A DNA stretch of 64,000 bases from the NCBI RefSeq assembly GCF_009914755.1, contig NC_060941.1; one strand, given 5' to 3'. Position numbers and translations under genes: made by a program. This stretch comes from the human T2T-CHM13v2.0 reference genome, Homo sapiens. Positions 11,785-24,863 of this stretch are shown here, piece by piece; the stretch's first letter is position 1; every line of letters begins with the position of its first letter. The notes under the pieces were generated by a model. The model was not told the origin of the DNA, made no database searches, and worked only from the letters and a program-made list of their open reading frames with translations.

Positions 11785-12184
11785 CTTGCTACTGGAAGAA
11801 TGACATATGGATCAGCAGCATTAGCATCAATTGAGAGCTTGTTAGAAATTAAGAATCTAGGACTTCCCCTAGACCTACTGAATCAAAATACTCACTTTCA
11901 TGAGATGCTGCATAATTGAACTACAATCATCTGTTGGTACACTGAAACACTGGTTTCTAGACCTCAACGTACCCAAGTCCATGAATACGCAAGTCCCACA
12001 GTCAGCCCTGTGGAAGCTGTGGATATTAAAAGTTGGCTCTCTGTATGGGTTTCTCATCTTTTGAATGCTGTATTTTTTATCCACATTTGGTTGAAAAAAG
12101 AACTCACTGTATTAAGTTGACCCACAGAGTTCAAGCTTGTAGTGGTCAAGGGTAAACTGTGTACATTAAAGTTTAAATACTGCT
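11785..12184. mobile_element. MER5A (hAT-Charlie) containing a nested MER8
   Basis: CAGCAGCATTAGCATCAATTGAGAGCTTGTTAGAAAT...AGACCTACTGAATCA, resuming after MER8 as TACATTAAAGTTTAAATACTG. Confidence 0.75.
11924..12159. mobile_element. MER8 (TcMar-Tigger MITE)
   Basis: CAAGTCCCACAGTCAGCCCTGTGGAA...TTTGGTTGAAAAAA...GTTCAAGCTTGTAGTGGTCAAGGGTAAACTG; TA at the left end. Confidence 0.8.
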
Positions 12185-12857
12185 CAAGGAAACAAGTCAC
12201 CACAGGCAAGATCTTGCATAAAGAACGTATTAGACTTCCAAAAACCTTTAGTAGAGGAAATAATGAATGCAGACTAAAACGTAAATACATTCAAAATTAT
12301 TTGAGAAAAAAATACAAGGTTCTAAAATAGGTAAAACAGAACATGATAACATTGAAAAAAACTAAGAAGATACGCATAGAGAGAAATGGAAAACATAGGT
12401 ATTTAATAATAAGAACTAAACTCAATATAAATTTTAAACACATAATAAGGCACAGCTGAAGAGAGAATTAGTGAACCAGAAAGTAAATCTCAAGAAATTA
12501 TTTATAATGCAATACATACAGGCAAACTGTATAAAATACAAAAGAGAGATTAGGAGATACTAAGGATCTTATATAAGATATAAGATATCTTATATAAGAT
12601 ATAAGAAATGTTTAAAAGAAATTCTAAAAGGAGAGAATAGGAAAAACATGGGGAAGGCAATATTCACCTAGAAAATAAATAAGAACATTTCAGAATTGTT
12701 TACAGACCAAATTTTAGATTCTAGAATCACAGTAGATTTGAAGCAATATAAATAAAAAGAAATTCACTATTAAATGATTAGTAAGGAAACAAAATCTCAA
12801 AGATAAAGAGAACATCAAGAGAGAAAAACAGAGGTTACCCACAAGGAAGGTTAATCA

Positions 12858-13183
<326 letters not shown>

Positions 13184-13364
13184 AGAAAATTTCTCAACAG
13201 ATCAGAAGAGGACTATCTCTAAAATGAAATAAATAAATAAAAACTCTCAACCTCAAATATCATGTCCCATTAAGCACTAACTCCAAGATAAACATAAAGA
13301 TTTTTTCAAACATCAAAGTCTGACATTATTTACTACTAGCAAATGATACTAAATGACCCTCAAG

Positions 13365-13930
13365 ACTTGCTGCAAGCTGTGTCTCTTGGACCAAGACCAG
13401 CAGCATGGACATTATCTGAATGGTGTTAGAAATGCAGTATCTCAGGTCCCACCTAGGATTTCTCAAAGTTTCATGGCTGTAAGTCACCTAGTGATCTCGT
13501 TAATGTGGGAGTTTGTTTCTTTGTTTGTTTTTAGAGAAAGGATCTTGTTCTGTCACCCAGGTGGGAATTCAGTGGCACTATCATAGCTTACTGCCATTCA
13601 AAGTCTTGGGCTCAAGCAATCCTCTTGCCTTAGCCTTCCAAGTAGTGAAGACTACAGGCACACACCACCATGCCTGGATAAATTTTTTATTTTGTATGTG
13701 TGTTGGGGGGAGTGTGTCTCACTATCTTGCCCAGGCTGGTCTTGAACTCCTGGCCTCAAGGGATCATCTGCCTTGGCCTCCCAAAGCGCTGGGGTTACAG
13801 GAGTGATCCACCATGCCAAGCCATAGTTTCTAGATTCAATAGATCTAGGTTGTGATATTTTTGCATTTCCACTGAGCTCCCAGGTGATACCCATACTGTT
13901 GACCCAACCACCACATTTCAAGTAGCAAGA
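13365..13930. mobile_element. MER5-family pieces flanking the AluJ
   Basis: GACCAGCAGCATGGACATTATCTG...GTTAGAAATGCAGTATCTCAGG; GAGCTCCCAGGTGATACCCATACTG...TTTCAAGTAGCAAG. Confidence 0.6.
13512..13822 (-). mobile_element. AluJ
   Basis: Antisense dimer with J-type features (GGATCTTGTTCTGTCACCCAG, GGGCTCAAGCAATCCTC). Confidence 0.9.
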
Positions 13931-14507
13931 CTACTTAGGAAGAAGGATAATGCATCCACCTGGAAATAACCAATTACCAAGACAACATGCTGAGAAAAGA
14001 GATGGTAAACATGTGGGTAAATCTAAGCCAAAGTGCACATAAAACAACAGTAAGTAATTTGATAGGTTAAGGAAAGCAATGTTGAAATAAAGTGCTAGAA
14101 AACAATGATATTTGAGATGAATATAAGACAATAAATAGTTTAAGGTCTTTATAATATAAGGGGGAATATTATTGATTGATCTTTAACTTTGTTAAGGGAA
14201 GTAAAATATATTCTATATCTTTCAAAGCAATAAATGGTAAATGTGTAATATACTTTATTAACTTTTTATTAGCAGGTACTAGTTTATCTCATTCCACAAT
14301 ATTCTTTGAATTAAATATTTTTTCTGTTCACAACCCTGCTGCCGTTTTGTGATTCTTTTTGTTTCTTTTCTCTTTCGTCTCAATTTTCAAGAAAATATAG
14401 TCTATAATAAATGCCTCAATTTCATCATTACCCACACCTTTAATCCATGCCATCTGGCTTCTTCCTTTACTGCCTTAAAGAAAACAAAAACAAAAATAAA
14501 AAAACCT

Positions 14508-14601
14508 TTTTTTTTCTTTTTTTTTTTTGAGACAGACTCTCACACTGTCCAGGCTGGAGTGCAGTGGCACGATCTCAGCTCACTGCAAGCTCCACCTCCT
14601 G
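14508..14601 (-). mobile_element. 5'-truncated AluY-like right-arm end
   Basis: PolyT, then GAGACAGACTCTCACACTGTCCAGGCTGGAGTGCAGTGG...GCAAGCTCCACCTCCTG. AAAAAACC on both sides is a TSD remnant. Confidence 0.85.
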
Positions 14602-14699
14602 AAAAAACCCTCATTTTTAACAATCACCACTGGCATCCTAGTAAAAAAAAAAAAAATCCAACAGCTCATTCTTTGTTAATCCTTATCAATTGTTCTAAA

Positions 14700-14866
14700 G
14701 TCTTCCTACTGAAGGTGTGGTCTGTGGACCAGATCATTATTGCCAACTAGGAGCTCTGGAGAAATGTAGACTCTCTAGACTTACCTCTGGCCTACAGAAT
14801 TAGAATCTGTAGTTTAACAAACTACCCAAGTCATTCTTATACACATTATTGTTTGAGAAGCACTCA
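14700..14866. mobile_element. MER5A
   Basis: GGTGTGGTCTGTGGACCAG...AGAATCTGTAGTTTAACAAA...TTGTTTGAGAAGCACT. Confidence 0.75.
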
Positions 14867-15089
14867 GGTAAAATATTTGACATCGTCAATCACATATAAG
14901 TGTTAAAATTTTCTCTTATCTTCCACTTTCCTTATTGACTTCTTAATTTTTAAAAATTATCTCTAGCTCATTTCCTCCTTTCATCACAAAAAAGCAGGTA
15001 TTCTTCAAAGTCATTAGTTTGGCCCTTACTTTTACTCCTATTTTCTCCCTCTTGATAATCTGCTCCAGTTAATTACTTCCATTATTTTC

Positions 15090-15262
15090 TTAGAGAAGAA
15101 TCACCTAGATTGCTTCTTAATAAAATTTCAGGGCCTCTCACTGGGGCTTCTAAACCAGCATGTCCAGTTTGGGACCCAGGAATATTTATTTCTAAAAGAC
15201 CTCCCACACGCTACCAGATAATTCACACACAGCCAGCACACACATTTTTATTTGGGAAGTAG
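15090..15262. mobile_element. MER5B-like
   Basis: GAATCACCTAG...GGGACCCAGGAATATTTATTT...TTTGGGAAGTAGT. Confidence 0.5.
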
Positions 15263-15317
15263 TATAGTTGATTAGAAGGTAGTTCTAATGTAGGTCTCTA
15301 AAATTGACTGTTTTCTT

Positions 15318-15717
15318 AGTCATAGTAGGCTAGGTAGAAATAAACCTCCAAATATCATTGACTTGAAGAAAGAAAAACTTGTTTCTTGTTTGTTTGTTTG
15401 CTTCTATCACAGTCCAGTACTGAAGTTGGCAATGCCCCTGAATGTGATTCAGGGATATGAGCTGCTTCCTTTGTCGGACTTTGGTTTCTCAATATACTTC
15501 ACTTCCAATCATGTGAATTGTGCAGGAAGGAGAAAGTAGAATGATGCATAAGTTTTAACTACAGCTCTGGAAATGCTGTACCTTGCCTCTGCACCCATTC
15601 CTTGGCCAACCTGGTCACATGGCTGCAAATGGTGCAAAGAATGCTGGCAAGTGTGCTCTTTCTGAGCAACAAGGAGGAGCAGCTGGAACTGGGGAGCATC
15701 AGCTGGTCTTTGCCACA
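15318..15717 (-). mobile_element. MLT1 (J/K-like) MaLR LTR
   Basis: CCCATTCCTTGGCCAACCTGGTCACATGGC...GCTGGCAAGTGTG...GGTCTTTGCCACA. Confidence 0.7.
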
Positions 15718-15749
15718 CTGCTTAATCTTTGGTCTTCACTCACCCTTCC

Positions 15750-16160
15750 AACTGTCCACAGGGTATCTCCACTTGAATATTTGACCAGCATTAACAAGTG
15801 ACCACATTTTCAACAAAAGCAAACCCTGATTCTCCATGACCCTTTTTCAGCTTGAACGTTCTCTTAAATGTATTAATATTACTTTTGCCAATGGCATCAC
15901 CATTCTAGTCACAGAGGTTCAAAGCCTGGAGATATCATCCCCCCTCCCTCACATGCCCACACTATCCATTTGCCAAGTCCTGTTGCTTCTGTCTCCAAAA
16001 TATTTCTTCCAACCTCCCACTCAGCCACATTCTAAGTGGCATTACTCAATTCTGGCCCATGTTATCTCTTTCTTAAAGTATTCTTCTATTCCACGATGCA
16101 GAACACTCTTAGCCACCAATTCTCTTGTATGCTCTTTCCCTTATATGGCTCTACAATTCT
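15750..16160 (+). mobile_element. L2 fragment
   Basis: ATCTCCACTTGAATAT...AATGGCATCACCATTCTAGTCAC...CCAAGTCCTGTTGCTTCTGTCTCCAAAATAT. Confidence 0.65.
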
Positions 16161-16499
16161 CACTGGCTCTCTGCTGACCTCCTTTGTAAATTATAAATAT
16201 TACCTAACAATCCCAGAGTGCCAATTAACTACCAGGCACCGGGATAAGTACTTAGCATGAAGGGAATGTTATTGTCATCTCTTTTTCAGGAATAGATGAA
16301 TAAGCTTCAGGGGTAAAGTAATTTTCACTAGCTGGAAAGTGAAGAGTAAGGATTTAAAATATGCATCCTAGTCCTCCCTTATCCATGGGTGATATGTTCC
16401 AAGACCCCTAGGGAAGTACCCTGAAGTCATTGAAGGTGGAAAATTCTCCCCTTTGTGGTTTTCCTCACTTTGTGGTGTCCATGTCTGTGTGCTTGCTTG

Positions 16500-16606
16500 C
16501 TCCCCGAGCTGATCCCCAAGGCAGAGGCCATGCCATATTTGTCTTTAAATTCTTAGTAGCTAACCCAGTGTTAATACAAAGCAAGAGCTAAATAAATGTT
16601 TATTTA
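16500..16606 (+). mobile_element. L2 3' terminus
   Basis: CCCCAAGGCAGAGGCCATG...AATAAATGTTTATT. Confidence 0.55.
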
Positions 16607-17369
16607 TTATTGACTTTGAAATGTTGAAAAAGTATTCCTACTCTCTTGATTTACTTTAGAAATGAAAAATTCTGTTTTTACTGTTTTTCTATTTGGTAAT
16701 ATTGGGCTGCTGAAGAAAATTCACGATCAAACTGATTGCCTCTTTTTCAAATTATAAGTATTGCTATTCTTCATGACTCCTTTAACATACATAATAGTAC
16801 TCTTATACATCTTTTATATAACTTAAGTCTTCCATTAAAAGTTTATTCCATTTTTTTTTACCTTATTCCATTTCTGTATATGTCTACAACAATTTTCTTC
16901 TGTCTTTCCCATGTCTTCAAATCTTCACTGGCACTTTCTAACTACTCAAACAACCTATCAATCAACACATCCACTCTTTCTCTCTTAAAAACAAACAACT
17001 CTTAATCCTACTTATTGCCTCGAGCCTCTTCTTCCTTTACTCACCTGTTTCCTAGTGACAGTAACCTACACTATCTATAATCCTTCACAATGTCATAAGG
17101 CTTTTATTCTATAAAGAACAAAACATTTTGAGTAATACTTATCTGAAAAACTGTTAAGGCTCACCCATTCAATATGAAATTGATGGTTACACAAGAAAGA
17201 AACATTTCTAGTACAAGCTATAAAACAAGCATCATTACATAGTATCACAAAAGGGGTGGAAAAATCTGTTAAACATGAGCATGAAAATGCTTAGGATTAC
17301 AGTGTGTCTATTACAGAATCAAATGCAGCCTTCTTGATTAAACTAGTTGTATCATCAAGAAACACAAGA

Positions 17370-17670
17370 AGAGTGTGCTGCTTTACATACCCTTTCACGA
17401 CGCCATGTTCAGTGATGCCACATTGGTAGCAATAAATCACCCAAGAAAATTAGCAAACACTAAAAAATCTGTATTTGGTTTATTGTTTTGTTGATTTCCC
17501 AGATTTAAGAAAATAATAGCAGAAATGTTAATAATGTAAACTATCATAAGTGTTGTTCCTGTAGCTGTTATACTACAGCTAGCACAAAAACAAAAATATT
17601 TTCCAGTACTTAAAAGCTGTTATCTAATTCAGTAAACAATTAGTTCACATCATTGACAAGTAAATAAAGC
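17370..17670. mobile_element. MER63 (hAT-Blackjack) internal fragment
   Basis: CATGTTCAGTGATGCCACATTGGTAGC...TTTATTGTTTTGTTGATT...AAATGTTAATAATG...TCACATCATTGAC. Confidence 0.7.
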
Positions 17671-17879
17671 TATTACATACACACACACACAAACCAAACC
17701 CAACCCCAAAATCCGTCAGTCTCATATTCAGCCTCATATTCAAGTAGGCCAATATACAGACAAACATTCTTCACTCACCAAACAAGAACCAAGTAATGTG
17801 TTTTGAAGTTTACAAAGACAAACTCTTCTCTCTCCAGCAATATATTTGTGCCTTACTGGTTAATTTCTTGGGTTTTGTA

Positions 17880-18010
17880 ATTCGATGCCTGAATGCAGAA
17901 TCCCAACTCCTCCATTTATTGACTTTGAAATATTGAAAAAATACTCTTAACCTCTTGATTTACTTAAGAATCCTCCTCTGTCAAATAAGGATTACATTTC
18001 CTGCCTTATG
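17880..18010 (+). mobile_element. Decayed MIR core
   Basis: TGCCTGAATGCAGAATCCCAACTCCTCCATTTATT...CTTAACCTCT...TCCTCCTCTGTCAAATAAGGAT. Confidence 0.6.
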
Positions 18011-18189
18011 AAAGGCAGTGAATACTAGTTACAATTGCCATGTACCAGGTCACTGAACAAAGCCTACTATGCTGAAGTCAGTGGTGAATTCCTAGGTTGC
18101 AAGAATTGACTTCTATTATTGCTACTGTTGCTTTGTTTTTATGCTATTTTTTGTAAATCTCATAACTATACCATGAAGTGAAGACTTGC

Positions 18190-19310
18190 ATGTTCTTCAA
18201 TTATCAGTTGAGCTTACTATGCAATTGGCATTTCAGACGCTGGAGACACATCGGTAAGTATGACATATGAACTTCTTATTCTAGAAGAACTAATATTCTG
18301 GCCAAGGGAGGTAGACAATAAAAAAAATCAATAAAACATCAGGCAGTAAAAGCGCTGGTCAGATTAAACAGAGCAATACTGTAAGGAGTGATTCAGTGGC
18401 AATCACAGTGATTGTCAGGAAATGTCTCTTTGAAGAGATGAAAATGTGGACTCCATCCATGTGGTGGGCAGGACAGTGATGCTTCACCCCACCTTAAAAT
18501 GGACACATCCTAATCTTTGGAAGTTGAGAATACGTTACTTTACATGGCAAAAGGATATTTGCAGATGCCATCAAAATAAGCACCTTGAGCTAGGGAGCGT
18601 ATCCTGGGTTATTCATGTGGGTCCAATCTAATCACATGCCTTCTTGAAATCAGCAGAGGTTTCTCATTCCCTCGCTTTCAGAGAGAAATGTGACTGTGGG
18701 AGAGGATGGGAGAGATACAACTAAATTGGCTTTGAAGGTGGAGGAAGGGGACCGTCAGCCAAGGAATGTGGGTGGCCTCTAGAAGCTGTGAAAAGTCAGG
18801 AAATAGATTCTTCTCTAGAGACTCCAGAAAGGAATGTAGCTCTGCTGATACCTATATTTTGGCCAGCAAGACCTGTGTCTGGTTTATAACCTATAGAAAT
18901 GTAAAATGGTAAATTTGCATTGTTTTAAGCCACTGAGTTTGTGATAATTTGTTACAGCAGCAATAGGACACCAATGCAGGCTGGAATGATAAGAAAGAAA
19001 CTTCCATGAAAATGATGGCACAGCTTTGTTTGTAATTGGAGCAGCTGGGACAAAGCCCCTAACACTGGGGTAAGGGTGTTAGAGAGAGAAACAAGCTGTT
19101 GTGATTGAAATATGAGCAATGGGAAGTCTATGAAGTCAGAGGTAGGCGGGAGTCAGATCATGTAGGGCTTTATGAGTCATTATTTTATTCTAAGTGTATA
19201 GGGAAGCTTTGGAGGTTCATGATTATATTTGTTTTTAAAAAGTTACTCTTCTATGGAAATTGAATATAGATGGCAATGGTGAAAGCAGGGATGCTGGTTA
19301 TAAGACTAAG
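18190..19310 (-). mobile_element. L2 fragment split by MLT1D
   Basis: TTGAGCTTACTATG...GCTGGAGACACA; after the LTR, GAGTCAGATCATGTAGGGCTT...TTTTATTCTAAGTG...GGGAAGC. Confidence 0.65.
18460..18978 (+). mobile_element. MLT1D-like MaLR solo LTR
   Basis: TGTGGTGGGCAG...TTACATGGCAAAAGGA...GCCAAGGAATGTGGGTGGCCTCTAGAAGCTG...TTTGTTACAGCAGCAATAGG...ATGCA. Confidence 0.88.
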
Positions 19311-21852
19311 AGGTACACATAACCTTTTGGAAATATTTATGACCATTTGGCAGGGTAGAGTTGTTAGCTCTAGAGTAGAAAGGAAAATTATCATAACCTT
19401 TATAAATAAAAATTCCCCTGCATCTCAGGGCAGCCAATGGAATGTGTGACGTCTAAGATGAGCAGGTGTTTGTGGAAAGATTCTCTATGTAATCTATGAC
19501 CTACAAGGAACATGTGGTAAGGCCTGTCAAAAAGGACTACTAGCAAAGCTAATTATCTGGTTCCATTTATGGTCCTATGGCCAAATGTTATTGATTAGAA
19601 GTAGCCCTTAATTTGTGAAAGCCATTATGTTAAGCCAGTTCTTTATTTTCCTTTATTTGAAGAAGTTGTTCTATATTCACGCTTATGACAGTGTTAATTA
19701 AAACAGAATCTGTCAACAAATAATTTTCAAAATGTCAAAAAGTTAACATCTATATAAATATAAATGCATGTCAAAGATTTTATTTAACATTAACTCATTA
19801 ACTAATACAGTCATTATTAACTAATGAGTCACATAAATGGAATATTGTGACTGATTTAAGCACATAAATTTTTTAAAAATAAAATTGAATTTTACATATC
19901 TGTGTGTGCACATATACACATGCACTTGAATTTGGGTACATTTCTTGAGGTTCACAAACTTAGCAAAAGTCCCTGATATTTGGCACCCGTGAGCCAGAAT
20001 CAAGCCCTTAAGATAATTTTGCAGGCATTGCCTCCAAATACATAGATGTGTGTTTTCTGTGTCACAAAGTAAAATGCGTTCCTTACCCTGGGTTGTCATT
20101 TAAACAATTTGAAATCTACTGAAATAACTCTTCCATGTCTGTTTTTTCAGTCATGAAATAGAGATAGTAAAAATATCTTATCTTATTATTACACCATGTA
20201 GTATTGAGAATAAAAAAGGATAATAAAAAAGGCTGTGCATAAAAGCATATAACTGCACAGTACCATGCAAATGAACAAGTGATTATTAGTACTAATCCTA
20301 TTATTATGACAAATAGTACTAATACTGCTACTACTCTTTCTATTTCGCTACTACTTCTGTTTTAGATAAGATGTAATGGACTTGTAAACTTCCATGCTCA
20401 TGCTTCAGAAAGAAGGAAATGGAGCGAATGAGTCTGTGCCCTTCCTTTCTTTGTTTTATCTTCTCCTCCCTAAATCCCAGCCCACATCCTATTCTGATAT
20501 ACTGCTGAATATTTGTAAAAGCAAAGATGATTCTGATGTTAGGAACATGGCTAACACATACACAAATCATTGAAGAAGGAATTGATTTGGGAGCTAATTA
20601 TTTACATATTTCAAATAGCCTTTATCATCCTAAATAGTAATGATATAATTACGCATCTGCTTTGTCCCTCTGACTAAGAACCTCTTAAGAACTCATTCAT
20701 CCTTTCATTCCGAACACCTAACACAATGTATGACATAAGATATACACTCAATCAATCATAATTGAATAAAAAAATAAGGAGTTATCATTTTTTTTCATAC
20801 AACATCCAGAGTGAGCTTTTAAACATCTGAGCATTTCATTCCTTGCCTTAAAATACTCTAAACAGATTCCCTAATGGGAGTTGGAATAAAATCCTGAATT
20901 GCAGGGTTCTATGTGGTCCAGCTCCTGTCCACCTCTCATATTTTTTACACTGCCTATCCTGACCATATTAGCCTTCTTTCTCACATGTGGGGTGCCTGTT
21001 CCCTTCTTAAGCCATTATAGTGGTTGTCCTGTCTGCACGGATTATCTTTTTGTTTGACTATTTCACTAATGCTATTTACTCATTTTCTCTGTCCTTGCAC
21101 CTAGAATATTTTGCAGATGTGATCATTTTAACTACTTTACTCACTATTCACTCATTAGCAAAAAATAATATATCTTTGGAGTATTCTTTTGTCTGCGGCT
21201 GAGTCACCTAACAACTGTCTAAACAACTGTCACCTAAAAACTGCTTTAAAACATCTCTTTCCAAAGTCATCTTACATAAATGAGTATTCATAAGAATATG
21301 TTTCATGACTTTAAATGTCCTTTTTTAACTTTACATTCTCTTCATTCTCTTGGCTTTTTTTTTCTACAGTCTTATTCATTGTGTATACTTTTATCAAAAA
21401 TATTCTGCCCTAATTATTGTTTCTGGATAACTTTGAGAAAAGAATGTCTTTTGTGTCTTTAGATAGACTCACAGAATAAAAGAATGTTAACATGTTGAGT
21501 AATTCTAGCAGTTAGAAGCTTTTGGAGGTTGCAAACATTTCCATATCCACTAATTTCAGCAGTTCACTAATGGAAATCTATGCATAAGACCACTAGAAAT
21601 CCATGGACCATAGACTAAGAAATTTTGTTTTAAGTTCAACACCCTGGCATTATACGTGAATAAAATGAATACTAGAGAAGTAAAGTAACATGCCCAAGAA
21701 CACACTAGTAAAAAGGGTGTCTGACTCCTAAACCATTAGATTCTCCACCGCACAGTACTATTTTGTAACTAGGTTGTGACTGGTTTAGAATCAAATTTGG
21801 GGTACTTTTATGCCAAATGAGAATTCTACAATTAATACACCTTTAGCAAATA

Positions 21853-22161
<309 letters not shown>

Positions 22162-22489
22162 TACTTTTCTTATCAATCTATTGGTATATGACCACTATAT
22201 GTATACACTAGATTACATGCCTGAATATAAATATTTGAAGATATATGTGTTTGTTCTCTGATAAAAATGAAATTATGTCGTATATTATCTATGAAAATCT
22301 TGTCACTGAGAACTCTTAAGCTCTATAAAGAAAGAATTTTCCTATTTTTCTAAAAGATTACTCAATTATTGTATTGAAGCAATTCATAATGCAATTAAAA
22401 TTTGATTTCAACTCATATGGAAAATTTCCTTTAAAAATCCTATTCAAATTGATTGAATAGTCTAACCAATATGGATAATTGATAGTTTG

Positions 22490-22905
22490 AATTCCCCAAT
22501 GTAATATAACCAGTTGATTTGGGATGCATTCTCGGGAAACACTAGTAGGAGAGATAATTAGACAGAGAAATAAAGGAAACCAATAAAGTGTACATTATTC
22601 AGCTAGTTACCACCATAGGTGGTTCGAGTTTGATCTTACTGAGGAACTCTTAAAATCTGGTTTAGAATACTTTAGAACTACCCTTCCCAACCCTAAGAAA
22701 TAGGGGATGAGGGATATTCATGCCCTAACTTTTATTATTGTCTCATGACTGATTCTGGACCATTCACTTTCTGACACTCCCAGGTTACCTTTGAGCAGAG
22801 TCTTAAGTGTTTATAATAACAGTAAGGTAAGGTTATAAAGTAATTCTCAGTAAAACCTCAATTGTGCTAAGGTTATACAGGTGTGGCACTGGCAGTGCAT
22901 GCCAT
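22490..22905 (-). mobile_element. LTR16-like ERVL LTR
   Basis: GGGAAACACTAGTAGG...CCAATAAAGTGTACATTAT..AGCTAGTTACCAC...GAGGAACTCT. Confidence 0.6.
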
Positions 22906-23069
22906 ATTCCATCTCTCATAGCTGTGTAATATAGATCAAGATCACCAATGTGTATATGACTAGTATAAACTAAGCTGCTCCACTGTAAACACTTAGTACA
23001 ATATTAAATTTTAAAAAATCAACCCCTCTATCCACACAATAATTAGAAATATATTTAAATCTCAACTAA

Positions 23070-24240
23070 GTTTCTGCTTCCAGGTAAATTGTAGTAACTA
23101 CACAACACTCTGTTTCTTACACTTAATGCAACTACGAACCCTGAACTGACCAAGTGCATGGAGAAGTTATTTAAAAACTACAGAAAGTCAATAGAAGAAG
23201 GTAAATTGTGGGGAAAGATAAGAATTCAATATATCACCGAACCTATGGTGAGTATACAATTTTTTCTCCAATCCCCAACCTGAATGCAATACAACCTCAA
23301 AACCAGAATGGACGTTGGCACAGACAGGGAGAGCTGGAGGAAAAGAATTCCAGTTCTGCTTTAGGAAAGGGAAAGAGAATTGTTAATGAAAGATAATACA
23401 GTAAATCCTATTTGTTTATTTTTATTTATTTATTTTTTCTTCATTCTTTCACCCTTCAGTCCAAAAGCAATCCAATGTTAATCTACTGGGGGCAAGAAAG
23501 AGCCAAAATTCTAGGGAGGGATCTTTTACTCTGATTAGCAGGCTGTGATCCCAAAGGGGTGGGGAACCTCCCTTTGTATTTCTCTCTCTCTCTTTCAATG
23601 TATTGTCCCACCTTTTAGAACCAGTGTGGAGGCAATCATGAAAGTGCATAAAAGAACACGGGAATTAAAGCCCAGCTTTCTGGGCGGAGGACTGAAAAGA
23701 TGAGCCTCAGTGAAAAAAAGAAAAAAAATTACCAAGGAGATCACAGAGACGTTAGAGCTCAGAAAAGTGACCTCATAAAACTGTTTATAAACTCCTGGGA
23801 TAACTCTGACCTGTGATTTCATAGATCTTATTCAAGTCATATATCACTTTGAGAAGTGAACCAAGAGAAAGGCCACCACACACATAGGACATATCCAAAT
23901 CATAAGGCAAAGACTTTGAAACTCAAATTGACTTCATAACTACAGTTTGTAGACAGAGGATTAGAATTTTCTGCTTGAACCTATCCAGGTTAATTGCTTA
24001 CTAAAAGAAAACAACAATCAACATTTTTCACAAGAATAAAAATAGACCCAACATCTCATTACATAATATTCAAAATGACAAGCATATGATCAAAAATTAA
24101 TAAGCATATTCAAATTAGGAAAATCTCAACTAAAATGGAAAGAGATAATTAACAGAGGCCACCACTGAGATAACACTGATATTGGAATTATCTGACAAAT
24201 ATTTAAAACGAGCTGTTATACAAATGCATTGAAATTCAAA
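23070..24240 (+). mobile_element. Ancient L1M 5' UTR/ORF1-start remnant
   Basis: Begins TTCTGCTTCCAGG and ends with an ORF1-start-like GAGATAACACTGATATTGGAATTATCTGACAAATATTTAAAA..AGCTGTTAT. Confidence 0.55.
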
Positions 24241-24567
24241 CAAGATTTCTATTGCACGATATGCTCACCAAACACCATTCTTCAAAATAGTCACTCTTTA
24301 TGTAGAAAACTAGGTATTAAATAAAGTTTTCTAGTAGAGGGGCTAAAAATTGCATTTCAAGTGGTTTATGAATGCATTTGGCTTAATGCTCTCCTTTGAG
24401 CACCCAAAATCTCCGGCCATCTTTCACATTTGTGGAGGAATAAAGGGCCTCAGTGAGATGGTTATGAAAGGCTGTTGGATTTAAGGATGTGAAGAAGTTG
24501 GAGGTATCTTCATCATCCACTTTTCATCTAGCAATTTCAGGCTATTGCTAATAAAATAGGCAGAGGT

Positions 24568-24863
24568 GGCCGGGCACGGTGGCTCACACCTATGATCCCA
24601 GCACTTTGGGAGGCCAAGGCGGGTGGATCACGAGTCCAGGAGTTCAAGACCAGCCTGGCCAAGATGGTGAAACCTCATCTCTACTAAAAATACAAAAATT
24701 AGCCAGGAGTGGTGGCAGGCACCTGTAAACCCAGCTCCTCAGGAGGCTGAGGCAGAGAATTGCTTGAACCCAGGAGGCAGAAGTTGCAGTGAGCCGAGAT
24801 CATGCCACTGCACTCCACCCTGGGCGACAGAGAGAGACTCCGTCTCAAAAAAAAAAAAAAAAA
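24568..24863 (+). mobile_element. AluSg-like, full length
   Basis: GGATCACGAG, CCAAGATGGT, GAGGCAGAGAATTG. TSD AAAATAGGCAGAG at 24553-24565 and 24864-24876. Confidence 0.95.

Noticed and set aside
21203-21244. Short repeats GTCACCTAA/ACAACTGTC
   Set aside because: Tiny slippage duplication, not an array; no spacer structure.
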